A program made the translations under genes and the position numbers. Positions 1 to 9,825 of a DNA stretch of 64,000 nucleotides are shown in pieces. The notes beneath the pieces were generated by a model that searched no databases, was not told the origin of the DNA, and saw nothing but the letters and a program-made list of their open reading frames with translations. The stretch covers positions 595 through 64,594 of the forward strand of contig JBGTIH010000062.1 in the NCBI GenBank assembly GCA_041745765.1, read 5' to 3'. The DNA is from Pyrinomonadaceae bacterium. GTDB lineage: Bacteria > Acidobacteriota > Blastocatellia > Pyrinomonadales > Pyrinomonadaceae. The stretch's first letter is position 1; every line of letters starts with the position of its first letter.

Positions 1-2690
1 CTTTTGCCGGTTTATCCGTAATTGCGCCGGAAGCGCGTCCGGTCGGCAATTTCGACCCGACAAAAACCCGTGTCGGTAATGTTGCCTTTAACGGCGGCGA
101 CGGGCGCCAGGTAAATGTCAATGTGGACGGCGGCGACAACAAGGATAATGTGGTCGGCAGCCTTCTTCAAAATTTTTCCTACGAATCAATTCAGGAATTT
201 CAGGTTCTCCAGCATAAATGGACGGCTGATCAAGGACGTTCGGTTGGCGGAGTCGTTAATGTTGTGACGAAGAGCGGCACAAACCGTTTGCGAGGTTCGG
301 CTTTCTTTAACTATCGCGGCGAGGAACTCCGCGCATTAGACTTTTTTGATAAACAAACACTCGCCACTAATCCGGCTTATACAAAACCGTATTTCGCGCG
401 TCAAGAGTTCGGAGGCAGTTTCGGCGGACCGATCATCAAAGAAAGAACATTCTACTTTTTAGCCCTCGAGCGATTTCGTGAACGTCAGAATGTAGCGGTT
501 TTAGGAAGTGTTGTCCCGCAAATTCAAGCTATTCCGGGAAACCAATTCGTTCCGGTTATTCCTCAGCCGTATGATGATACTTTATTTACGGCAAAAGTAG
601 ATCATAGATTTACAAATGCACACAACGTGTTTTTCCGATTTTCCTACCAAGGAAATGATTCGCCGAACGATCAGGTCGGAAATCCCGCCAGAACTGATCT
701 TTCCGGCGGAAACCAGACCACCAATAAACTTTACAGTTTTATTGGAAATTACACTTATAATGTTTCGCCCAACGCTCTGAACACCTTCATCTTCCATTTT
801 CAAGATTTCAAAAATGAGATTTTGCCGAATGCGGAAGGTTTAACACTAACTTTTCCCGGCGGTATTACAATCGGTCAAAATGCCAATACACCGCAAGCAA
901 CTTTAGAGCGCAAATTCCAGTTTCGTGATGATTTTACTCTGATCTCCGGCGACCATACGATGAAATTCGGCGTAAATTATATTCATACGCTTCTCGATGG
1001 TTATTTTTATTTCGGAACACGCGGATATTCACTTACCTTTAACCAAACACCGACAGCGATTGCCGCGCTTCCCATGGGATATGCTACGCCGGGACTTCTG
1101 CAATCACTTACATATTCCGACGGAGCAAGCTCGCATCTGCAAACAATTGATCAACTTGCTTTCTATTTTCAGGATGACTGGAAAATAACACCCAATTTAA
1201 CATTAAATCTCGGTCTTCGCTGGGACGCGAATATCGGTAATCTTCCCCGTCAAGATCAAAATCGAACAATGCTTTTGCTTTCTCAGCTAAATCATCCTTT
1301 AGCCAGAGCGTTAACGCAAGATCAGGAAAAACTGCAAAGAACGACACCGAGTTGGACGGAATTTCAACCGAGATTCGGATTTGCCTGGGATCCTTGGGGA
1401 CAAAGCAAAACCGTTATTCGCGGCGGATACGGTATTTTCTATGATCAAATTTTTCAAAATCTCTCGCTTTTCTCTCAAGTTCAATCGGAACCGCAGATAT
1501 TTCAAACAGCGATTAATTTACAAGGCGCGGAACTGGCGGCGTTTAGATACGGCACTGATCCGTTACCGGCAGTCCCTGCCAATTTCAATTTCAGCAATTT
1601 AGTTCCGGGAGCGATTGGGCGTATCAACGATCCCGACGCGACAGAACCGTATGTTCAGAAATTCTCGATTGGTTTTCAGCACGAGCTTTCGAGAACTATG
1701 TCAATTTCGAGCGATTTTGTTCACACGCTCGGATTGCACGAACCGAGATTTTTGAACGTGAATCCGACAATTCAAAAGGTATGTAATCCGGATTATCCCG
1801 GCGCATTGCAAGCCAATAATCCCGCGTATGCGGCTACTTGCCCTCGCGGAATCAATACACGTCTACTTGATCCAGCTTTTCAAGCCGCCGGTTTGGGACT
1901 TAATCGTTTGAGTCAGATCAATATGTTTTCAACGAACAATCGGTCAAATTTTGATAGTTGGGCAACAACTTTCAAATATCGAACGAACAACATATTGTTT
2001 AACGCAAGTTATGTCTTGGCTAGCTCAAAATCGTGGGGCGGTCAGCCGACGGCATCTTATTCGGGCAACGCAATCGTTATTACGCCGGAAAATCAGTTCG
2101 CTGAAGGTGAATACGGACCGACGAGAATGGATGAAAGACACAGAATCGTGCTGAGCGGCGTAATCGGACTTCCGTGGGGTTTCCAGGTATCGCCGATTCT
2201 GCAATACGGTTCACCCAGACCATTTTCGGCTAATACCGGATTTGACATAGACGGTGACGGAGTTGCGACAATTGACCGTCTTTGCCGGGGAGTTGATCCG
2301 GCGGCGGCATTCGCCGTTCGCGGCAATCTGGCGGCACTCCGGGCATTAAATCCGCTCGGTTGTGTTCAAGCACCTGTCAATTCTCTGCGCTCCGGATTTA
2401 TTGTCAACGGCACGACAGTTGAAGAACGCAGTCACCGATTTTTTAACGTGGATATGCGCGTGTCGAAACTATTCAATTTCGGGGAACGCTACAGACTTAG
2501 TTTAAATGCGGATTTCTTTAATCTGTTTAATACGGAAAATCTTGCTTACGGCTCTAACGCCAGACTGGGTTTAAGCGTTGCTACTTCCGGTCCGACATTT
2601 CTTCAGCCGACTTCCCTCTATGGTCCGGGATTCGGTCCGCCGGTCGGCAGACCTTTTACCGCCCAATTTGGTGCCAGATTTACTTTCTAA
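1..2690 (+). CDS. TonB-dependent-receptor-like outer-membrane beta-barrel, C-terminal part (5' end lies outside the window)
   Basis: The ORF is open to the window edge. The sequence is long and rich in Gly/Asn/Tyr/Phe beta-strand residues and ends ...FGARFTF, an aromatic C-terminus typical of OM barrels. It is paralogous in style to 4162-7458 and 55655-58789. Confidence 0.8.
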   Translation, partial: FAGLSVIAPEARPVGNFDPTKTRVGNVAFNGGDGRQVNVNVDGGDNKDNVVGSLLQNFSYESIQEFQVLQHKWTADQGRSVGGVVNVVTKSGTNRLRGSAFFNYRGEELRALDFFDKQTLATNPAYTKPYFARQEFGGSFGGPIIKERTFYFLALERFRERQNVAVLGSVVPQIQAIPGNQFVPVIPQPYDDTLFTAKVDHRFTNAHNVFFRFSYQGNDSPNDQVGNPARTDLSGGNQTTNKLYSFIGNYTYNVSPNALNTFIFHFQDFKNEILPNAEGLTLTFPGGITIGQNANTPQATLERKFQFRDDFTLISGDHTMKFGVNYIHTLLDGYFYFGTRGYSLTFNQTPTAIAALPMGYATPGLLQSLTYSDGASSHLQTIDQLAFYFQDDWKITPNLTLNLGLRWDANIGNLPRQDQNRTMLLLSQLNHPLARALTQDQEKLQRTTPSWTEFQPRFGFAWDPWGQSKTVIRGGYGIFYDQIFQNLSLFSQVQSEPQIFQTAINLQGAELAAFRYGTDPLPAVPANFNFSNLVPGAIGRINDPDATEPYVQKFSIGFQHELSRTMSISSDFVHTLGLHEPRFLNVNPTIQKVCNPDYPGALQANNPAYAATCPRGINTRLLDPAFQAAGLGLNRLSQINMFSTNNRSNFDSWATTFKYRTNNILFNASYVLASSKSWGGQPTASYSGNAIVITPENQFAEGEYGPTRMDERHRIVLSGVIGLPWGFQVSPILQYGSPRPFSANTGFDIDGDGVATIDRLCRGVDPAAAFAVRGNLAALRALNPLGCVQAPVNSLRSGFIVNGTTVEERSHRFFNVDMRVSKLFNFGERYRLSLNADFFNLFNTENLAYGSNARLGLSVATSGPTFLQPTSLYGPGFGPPVGRPFTAQFGARFTF

Positions 2691-2732
2691 CAGATTGTAA
2701 ATAGTGAATTCTTGTTTTTACAAGCTTAAAAA

Positions 2733-2770
2733 TAAGCGGAGCCGAGATATTCTCGCTCCGCTTATTTTTG
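2733..2770 (+). terminator. Rho-independent terminator-like hairpin
   Basis: TAAGCGGAGC(C)GAGA-tat-TCTCGCTCCGCTTA followed by TTTTTG, about 40 nt after the stop codon of the receptor gene. Confidence 0.6.
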
Positions 2771-2954
2771 TCGGAATTGTAGATTAAAAATAGAAAAAAG
2801 AACTGGCGCGACTTGAAAAAAACATCGGTGTAAATGTTTAAAAAATAAGTCAAAAAAGTAAGCAAATTCTCTCGTTTATTTTAAGAAAACCCTACGAAAA
2901 TCTGCGTTAATCCGTTGTTAAAAATCAATCGCAAATTGCAAATCGCAAATAAAC

Positions 2955-4052
2955 TTACTCGTTTGTTAAAACCAAAACTGGATCAATATCGGAGGCGCGC
3001 CACGCCGGATAAAGCGCACCGAAAAGACTGCCGCCAACGGCGATAATAATCGCGGTGATGATCCAATTGCGACTGAATTCAAATTGCAGACCGAATTGAT
3101 TTTGAATCAAAAATGCGGCAAGAAATGAAACTCCGAAACCGAGTAAAACGCCCAAAATTCCGATCAAAAACGCTTCGCCTTCGATCACTTTGATAATAAA
3201 TGTTTTCGATGCGCCGAGCGATTTTAAAATCCCGATTTCCTTGCGCCGTTCAGTGATGGTCGTGTACATCGAAAGCAGTACGAAAATCGTCGAAACAAAC
3301 GCGCCGAGTCCGACCAGAACGCGCAAAAACGTATTCAGACCGGGAATTCTGTCCTGCGCGTCAATTACCAAATCCTGCGTCAGATTGATTTTATTACCGG
3401 GAAGTTCCTGCTCGATTCGCGCCGCAACCTGTTCGGCATTTGCACCGTCTTTGATTTTGACAAGAATAAAAGTGCAGCGGTTCGGGGCTTTCAGCGCGTC
3501 CTGCATCGCGCCGAGCGACATTTTTATACGCGCTCCCGAAGGCGGCGAAAATACTCCCGTGATTTTATAATTTTTGTTCAAAAGCTCGATCTCGTCGCCG
3601 AGTTTATAATTATTTTCCGTCAGATGCCGTTCGTCAACAATGATCTCATCATTGGCGGTCGGCGCGCGTCCTTCGAGAATCTGCATATCGTTCATCGCGG
3701 CAAACGGCTGCCAGTCAACGCCGTCGAGCTGCTGAATTCCCCAGCGTTCATTCGGATTCGCCGTAATGTAGCGAATGACCGGAACGGTTGATTCGACGCC
3801 TTCGATTTCCAGTAATCTTTGCGCGTAAGTCGTGCTGACGGAAGCGTTTGAACTCGTCATCTCCATCGCGCCGGGACGCGTAAAAACAATTTCCGCCTTC
3901 CAATTCGCCGCCCGTTTCGACATATCATTGCTCATCCCTTGTGCCAAACCTGTAAAAAGAATGACCAAAACAACGCCCAGAGCGACACCGATCACGCTGA
4001 TCAATGTGCGAAACGGACGGACTCTTAAATTGGCTAAAACTAATTCGAACAT
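2955..4052 (-). CDS. ABC-transporter permease, FtsX/MacB-type, with no adjacent ATPase
   Basis: 365 aa. An N-terminal TM helix is followed by a large periplasmic domain and a C-terminal 3-TM FtsX-like block (...RRKEIGILKSLGASK...). Confidence 0.8.
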   Translation of the reverse strand: MFELVLANLRVRPFRTLISVIGVALGVVLVILFTGLAQGMSNDMSKRAANWKAEIVFTRPGAMEMTSSNASVSTTYAQRLLEIEGVESTVPVIRYITANPNERWGIQQLDGVDWQPFAAMNDMQILEGRAPTANDEIIVDERHLTENNYKLGDEIELLNKNYKITGVFSPPSGARIKMSLGAMQDALKAPNRCTFILVKIKDGANAEQVAARIEQELPGNKINLTQDLVIDAQDRIPGLNTFLRVLVGLGAFVSTIFVLLSMYTTITERRKEIGILKSLGASKTFIIKVIEGEAFLIGILGVLLGFGVSFLAAFLIQNQFGLQFEFSRNWIITAIIIAVGGSLFGALYPAWRASDIDPVLVLTNE

Positions 4053-4092
4053 TAAATTTCTTCAAAAGGCGAAATTATAACCGATGAAAAAC

Positions 4093-4133
4093 CAAAAAGC
4101 ACGGCGGAAAAATTGATTTTCCGCCGTGCTTTT
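4093..4133 (-). terminator. Terminator hairpin downstream of the 4162-7458 receptor gene
   Basis: AAAAAGCACGGCGGAAAA-attg-ATTTTCCGCCGTGCTTTT, a GC-rich stem flanked by A/T runs on both sides. Confidence 0.6.
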
Positions 4134-4161
4134 GGGCTGTTTGTGTAATGAAAGATGCGGT

Positions 4162-7100
4162 TTAGAAAACCAATCTTCCGCCGATGATGATGCGGCGATT
4201 TCCGCCGTTTGTCGCACCTTCGTTCAGGAAGTTCGCGCCGGCGTTAAGTGCTGCATTCGGAATACCGTAGTTGCGGTGATTCGCCACATTGAACATATCC
4301 ACACGAATTTGAGCGCGGACTCTTTCAGTAATCATCGTATTTTTGATTACGCCGAAATCAACCAACGCGATACCGTCTGCCCGCAGAATGTTTCTTCCTG
4401 CAGTTCCGACTCTTTGCCCCGCTGTTACCGGAGAGAAAAAGTTAGGACAGGCATTACCCGGAATCGGCGTTCCGCATTGCGCCTTGATTTCCCGAACGGA
4501 CATACCGGATATATTCGTATTGGTAATCAGATTCGGTCTGATCGCATTTCCGACCAAGCCGGAAATTCCACTTAACGCGCCAGCCGGATCAGCTCCGTTC
4601 AAGACCGTGAACGGTGCGCCGCTCTGGAATGTAAAGAACGAATTAAGCTGCCAGCCGCCGAGAAGTTTTCCAGCGAAACCTTGTTGACCGCGATAGAAAG
4701 GAAGCTGATAAACAAAGTTTCCGGTAAAGCGGTGCGGGCGGTCATAACTAGAACGTCCGCGTTCTGAAGCCCGGTTAAACGAATCTTGCGAAACCGCAAC
4801 TTCTCCGGTTGACGGATTAAAGATTTCCGATGCCGTATCAATAAATGAACTCCATGTGTAATGAATACCGGCACTAAAATTATTACTCAGACGTTTGTCA
4901 AGACTGACCTGCATCGAGTGATAAATCGAATTTGCCGAATTAGCCCGAAGCCGGATTACACCGCGCGTCGGATCAACCCGCGGACAGGGATTGGCAGCCG
5001 TTCCGCCGACACAAGCCGTGCGCGGATTGCCGTCTATTGTCTGGAAAAGTCCTGTTCCTCTTGTTCCGACATACCCGACTTTAAAAACTGTATCTTTGGT
5101 TAATCCTCTTTGCATTTCCAAAGAAAATTGATCTGCCGCCGGAGCGCGAAAATCATCGCCGACAATTGTGCGGGCGATGAAATTCGGATTTGCCACATTC
5201 GGCGCACCTAAACTCTGCATCGAAGCAAAAGCATTTTGTCTGGTCGGCTGTCCCGGTTCGCCGAAATTGATCGCAGCGACAAACGGAAATGCCGTCGCTA
5301 CGTTAAGATTAATGTTGATAAAGTTAGCATCGTAGGTTCGTGCGTAACCCCCGCGAACGACCATTCGGTCTCCGCCGGTCAAGAATCCTAACACACCCGT
5401 ATTACGCGTAGTCGGATTCCAGTTAAAACTAACACGCGGCATAAAATTATTTTTATCCGGTTGCGGAACAGGCGTAAAAGTAAAAGCCGGATTATTTCCG
5501 TTTGCCGCTAAAATACGCTCGTTCAGGTCTTTCAGATAAGTAAATGAATCGCCGGGATATTCGTATCTAACGCCATAGCTCAATGTAAAATTCGGCGTAA
5601 CCCGCCACTGATCCTGAGCATAGAAGTAGAACTCCTGCCACTCATAGAAACCGAGAGTGTCGCCGCCGGCTAACGGACGGTTAATTGTTGCGGCAACATC
5701 GGCGTTATCATCAACAAAATTTTGCAATGTTGAATAAGCCAGACGACCGCGAACTGTCGGGAAGAAAAAGCTCTTGACTTGCAGCCAACGCCAATCTACT
5801 CCGAATTTCATTGTATGGTTGCCTTTGACGAAACTCAAACTATCTTGAATTTGATAAGTATTATTGATACGGAACTGCGGCAGATTTACAGCCAAACCGA
5901 TTGCCGTGCGGTTCGCCGCAGCATTAAAACCCAGTAATCCAAGGTTGCTGATCTCAATTGAAGGAATAGTTTCCGAACTTGGATCAACCGCATTCGTGCT
6001 TGAATCGTATCGGGCGTAGGAAAGCCGCAGTTCGTTGGTTACATTGCTTCTAACGACGCTATTCCAGACAAATGTCGTGGCTTGCGAAAGAAGTTCGCCC
6101 TGATTTGTCAGTCCGGGCGGCGTAACCTGTCCGGTGCCGGCGGTTGTCTGTTTGGCAAAACGATGCCGACCGTAGATTAAATTTCTGTCATTAATTCGAT
6201 GATCAACGCGCACCGAGCCTTGATGATCGTCGAATTTGAAGGAGGACGAGCCGGTTACATTACCAAGCGGAACGGTAAAGGTTTGACCGTTAGCGGTAAA
6301 ATTAACGCTTGATCCGTTCGGCGTACCTGCCGGAACGAATTGTAAAAGAGCTTGAACTTGCGGACGATTGCCGACTGCTTGCTGCAGAATCTGTCTTCCG
6401 GCGGCGGTCGGCGCACCGCTCAAGGTAAAGCCCGAACCCGAAGCGCGGTCAGACCATCGCTGATAGTCGCCGAAGAAAAACGTGCGGTCTTTTCCGCTTA
6501 TAATATGGGGATTTTTTCGACCGAAACCAAATGCCGGAACCGGAAGAGGTCCGCCGACGGTAAAGCCGATTTGATTTTCGAGTCTAAGCGGAGCAAAAGT
6601 TCTCGCCGGATCCGTAGCATTCGGATTACAAAAACCGGCACTTTTATCCGTATTGCTGCAAGCATTCAGCCTCTTGTTATTATGAAACCAGAAAAGCGAA
6701 CCGTTAATATTGTTAGTTCCCGATTTTCCGATAAAATTAACAACCGAACCGGAATTGCGTCCGTATTCGGGCAAAAATTGACTGGTAACAATCCGAACTT
6801 CCTGAAACGCATCAGGATTATTCAGCGCAAGCTGTCCGCCGGCAACGCTCGGATCATTTATATCCTGCCCGTCAATCATAAAATTGTTTGAACGAACACG
6901 CCCGCCGTTTGAAGAAAAACTGATACCGTTGGCAAAGCCTGTTTGACCGCTTCCCAATTGGCTTACGCCCGGAACAGACAGTAAGACATTAAAAACACTG
7001 CGGTTTGACGCAATCGGAAGTTCCGCCAAGCGTTTTTCATCAAAGCGTGTGCTGACTTCTGCAGTAGTTGTATTTAATACCGAAGCATCTTCTGAAACGG

Positions 7101-7458
7101 TAACAACTTCTTCGATGCCTCCGGTTCTAAGCGTCGCATCAACAACAGCATTTTGATTTACGACAAGTGTAATGCCTGTCTGAACATATCTGGCAAAATT
7201 AGGGGCTTCGACCGTAACTTCATAAGAGCCGAGCGGTAAATTCACAACTTGATACCGACCTTCACTACTTGTTTGAACAGTACGCGAAAAGCCTGTTGAA
7301 ATACTTCGAATTGTTACATTTGCGTTGGGAACTACTGCCTGCTGTTCGTCTACTACCGTTCCTGAGAGTGTTGCGGTAGTTGATTGAGCAAAAGCATTGT
7401 TTAGACTGAGAACTAGAATCAGTCCCAGAAGAAATGCACAGAATTTTGTGTGTTTCAT
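4162..7458 (-). CDS. TonB-dependent receptor with carboxypeptidase-regulatory-like N-terminal domain
   Basis: 1098 aa. Signal peptide MKHTKFCAFLLGLILVLSLNNAFAQ, then an N-terminal Ig-like block (TLSGTVVDEQ...GSYEVTVEAPNF), then a long barrel ending ...IIGGRLVF. Confidence 0.85.
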   Translation of the reverse strand: MKHTKFCAFLLGLILVLSLNNAFAQSTTATLSGTVVDEQQAVVPNANVTIRSISTGFSRTVQTSSEGRYQVVNLPLGSYEVTVEAPNFARYVQTGITLVVNQNAVVDATLRTGGIEEVVTVSEDASVLNTTTAEVSTRFDEKRLAELPIASNRSVFNVLLSVPGVSQLGSGQTGFANGISFSSNGGRVRSNNFMIDGQDINDPSVAGGQLALNNPDAFQEVRIVTSQFLPEYGRNSGSVVNFIGKSGTNNINGSLFWFHNNKRLNACSNTDKSAGFCNPNATDPARTFAPLRLENQIGFTVGGPLPVPAFGFGRKNPHIISGKDRTFFFGDYQRWSDRASGSGFTLSGAPTAAGRQILQQAVGNRPQVQALLQFVPAGTPNGSSVNFTANGQTFTVPLGNVTGSSSFKFDDHQGSVRVDHRINDRNLIYGRHRFAKQTTAGTGQVTPPGLTNQGELLSQATTFVWNSVVRSNVTNELRLSYARYDSSTNAVDPSSETIPSIEISNLGLLGFNAAANRTAIGLAVNLPQFRINNTYQIQDSLSFVKGNHTMKFGVDWRWLQVKSFFFPTVRGRLAYSTLQNFVDDNADVAATINRPLAGGDTLGFYEWQEFYFYAQDQWRVTPNFTLSYGVRYEYPGDSFTYLKDLNERILAANGNNPAFTFTPVPQPDKNNFMPRVSFNWNPTTRNTGVLGFLTGGDRMVVRGGYARTYDANFININLNVATAFPFVAAINFGEPGQPTRQNAFASMQSLGAPNVANPNFIARTIVGDDFRAPAADQFSLEMQRGLTKDTVFKVGYVGTRGTGLFQTIDGNPRTACVGGTAANPCPRVDPTRGVIRLRANSANSIYHSMQVSLDKRLSNNFSAGIHYTWSSFIDTASEIFNPSTGEVAVSQDSFNRASERGRSSYDRPHRFTGNFVYQLPFYRGQQGFAGKLLGGWQLNSFFTFQSGAPFTVLNGADPAGALSGISGLVGNAIRPNLITNTNISGMSVREIKAQCGTPIPGNACPNFFSPVTAGQRVGTAGRNILRADGIALVDFGVIKNTMITERVRAQIRVDMFNVANHRNYGIPNAALNAGANFLNEGATNGGNRRIIIGGRLVF

Positions 7459-7676
7459 AACGTAAAGCTCCTTATCTTAATTTTATTTTTTAGTTTAAAG
7501 CCCTTTTATGAATTCAGTTTATAAATACAAAATACTTGCTAAAAATTAGAGGCAAAAGATATGCCGATGTTTTTTATTGTGTTAAATCTTTCTAAAATCA
7601 GAACTTGCTTAACAAAAATATAAGACGGTTTGAGTAAAAAAATAGATAAATATACAAAAAAATGGATTTTTGAGAT

Positions 7677-9050
7677 TCAGGAATCAAGCGAAGTTTTATT
7701 GCTTTTCATAAGTCGGGAATATTTAAATTTTTCAGATTCATCCGCAGCGGTGAAAAGATCCCGCTTTTTTAGAAAATCTGCATAGATTTTATCGTAGGTT
7801 TCGATTAAAAAATCGGTTGATTTTTCCCGCGTGTTATTTTTCGCAGTTTCCAGCGCGTTCTTGATCTTTTCTTCTTTTAACTCAGGATTTTCAATGATTT
7901 CACGGATCGCTCCGGCAAAATCTTCGCCCTTTGGTTCACAAAGCCACATATTTTCATTTGTCGCGTAAGACAGAAGCCCGCCCGCATTCGGCGCGACGGT
8001 CGGTGTGCCGGAAGCCATCGCTTCGAGCGGCGCGATGCCGAACGGTTCGCGCGGGTTCGGATGGACGAAAATATCGGCGTTGGCGTAATAATTTGCCAGC
8101 GTTTCCTTGTCTAAATGCCCGAATTGAATGATCTTATTCGGAATGAATTTTTCGGTTTGCTCTTTCAGCCATTCGGCTTGCGGTCCCGCGCCGGCAACGA
8201 GCAGGCGGTAATCTTTTTCGCCCTTTACCAGCAATTTCATAAATTCGGGCAGAAGTTCGATATTTTTTTCCGGCGAAATTCTGCCCGCATACAGCAAAAT
8301 TACCGCGTCTTTCGGAATTCCGCTTTTTTCGATCATTTCGTTGCGCACTTTTTCAGATTTTCTTTCGGGCGAAAACTGCAGAATATCAACGCCGCGCGGA
8401 CAGACGAAAACTCTTTCTTCAAGCGGCACACGCGGAGCTTTGAAAAACTGCCAGCATTTATTGAAAAACCAGTTCGAACGCTTCGGATTCTCGGTTTTTT
8501 CAAAAGATTCGTAAAATTCCTCAGCCGTATAAGGCGAATTGGCAATGTGATAATCGAACGACGGCAGATTGTAATTTCCCATCACGCGCCGCGCAAACCA
8601 TTTGCCGATTTTGCCTTTGCTTAAAAACGAGCCGATATTGTCGTCCATCCGTTCGCACGAAAAATGCACGAGAACCGGGCGATTCAGTTGTTTGAATTTT
8701 CCGATGCGAATCATCGCGCCCATCATCGAAAGCGTGTATTTATCGGTAACTTCGATCAGATCGGGCATTTCGTCCATTAAAATTTTCCGAATCAGCGAAC
8801 CGTCCGGCATATATTGCCACGGCATTATTATGCGGTAGCGTTTATCAAAAACAGGCGATTGTTTGGCGGGAATGTAATAAATTTTGGCGTAGTCATTGAC
8901 TTCTTCGACCGCTTCGGTTTCGCCCGGAACGATCAGACGCATCTGTCTTTTATGCCGACCGGCAGCAGCCATCAAAGCATTGTAAGACGTGCTGATTCCG
9001 CCGGAATTTTTGTGGTAATAATTGGTTAAATGAACTGTTTTAATTGACAC
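7677..9050 (-). CDS. Glycosyltransferase, GT4/GT-B family
   Basis: 457 aa with the C-terminal E-x7-E type motif ...PREPFGIAPLEAMASGTPTVAPNAGG... Confidence 0.8.
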   Translation of the reverse strand: MSIKTVHLTNYYHKNSGGISTSYNALMAAAGRHKRQMRLIVPGETEAVEEVNDYAKIYYIPAKQSPVFDKRYRIIMPWQYMPDGSLIRKILMDEMPDLIEVTDKYTLSMMGAMIRIGKFKQLNRPVLVHFSCERMDDNIGSFLSKGKIGKWFARRVMGNYNLPSFDYHIANSPYTAEEFYESFEKTENPKRSNWFFNKCWQFFKAPRVPLEERVFVCPRGVDILQFSPERKSEKVRNEMIEKSGIPKDAVILLYAGRISPEKNIELLPEFMKLLVKGEKDYRLLVAGAGPQAEWLKEQTEKFIPNKIIQFGHLDKETLANYYANADIFVHPNPREPFGIAPLEAMASGTPTVAPNAGGLLSYATNENMWLCEPKGEDFAGAIREIIENPELKEEKIKNALETAKNNTREKSTDFLIETYDKIYADFLKKRDLFTAADESEKFKYSRLMKSNKTSLDS

Positions 9051-9056
9051 GAATTA

Positions 9057-9662
9057 TTATTTTCCAAAGACTTTGCTGACGGAAATCTTCCAATCAAAAA
9101 GTATTTTCGATTCTGCCGTTTCGCCTTTCGTGTAGATTTTTCGTTGCCAGAAAAGAAAACCGTCTTCCGAATCGGCATTTCTGACTTCTATTTCTTCTTT
9201 GTCCGCATCGATCAGCCACAATTCCTTTACGCCGAGCGCGAGATATGTATCGGCTTTGGTCGTGCGGTCATAGACACCTGTGCTTTCCGATAAAAACTCG
9301 AAAACGATGTCGGCGGACGTGCGGCGGTCGCCCATTTGTTCGCGCAACTCGTTGGAAACATACATCATATCCGGTTCGAGATATGTTCCCCAAATATCTT
9401 CGACATAAATCGAAGCACGCGGGTGAAAAACCTTTCCGGGATCATCATTTTGAGCTAAAAAAAGTATTAAAGAGCGGCTTAAAAAAGCGACTAATTCATC
9501 GTGTTTATTTTTCGGCGGCGGCACAATATGTAAGACTCCTTCGATAAGTTCGTAGTGCGAACGGTCGGCGGGTTCGGGTAACGCCCAAAATTCTTCGAGT
9601 GTGTAGCGTTTGAGCAAAGACGAAAAAGCTATTTTATTTTGGACGGTTTCTAAAGTCTGCAT
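9057..9662 (-). CDS. Uma2-family (DUF820) putative endonuclease
   Basis: 201 aa. Contains ...YELIEGVLHIVPPP...H..., PDMMYVS and ADIVFEFLSES...TKADTYLALGVKELWLID, the PD-(D/E)xK-like layout typical of Uma2. Confidence 0.7.
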   Translation of the reverse strand: MQTLETVQNKIAFSSLLKRYTLEEFWALPEPADRSHYELIEGVLHIVPPPKNKHDELVAFLSRSLILFLAQNDDPGKVFHPRASIYVEDIWGTYLEPDMMYVSNELREQMGDRRTSADIVFEFLSESTGVYDRTTKADTYLALGVKELWLIDADKEEIEVRNADSEDGFLFWQRKIYTKGETAESKILFDWKISVSKVFGK

Positions 9663-9825
9663 AACCGGAAGTTTAGCAGAAAAATCCTCATCTTAAAAGC
9701 ATTTAATCGGGCAAAAAGTAACGTCTCAACAAAACTTGCAGATATAATCAGAAAGCCGTCGCAAATTCGTATCCGCTATAATATGAACGAGTAGGCAAGA
9801 CTCTTATATTAAATCGAAGTTTGAT

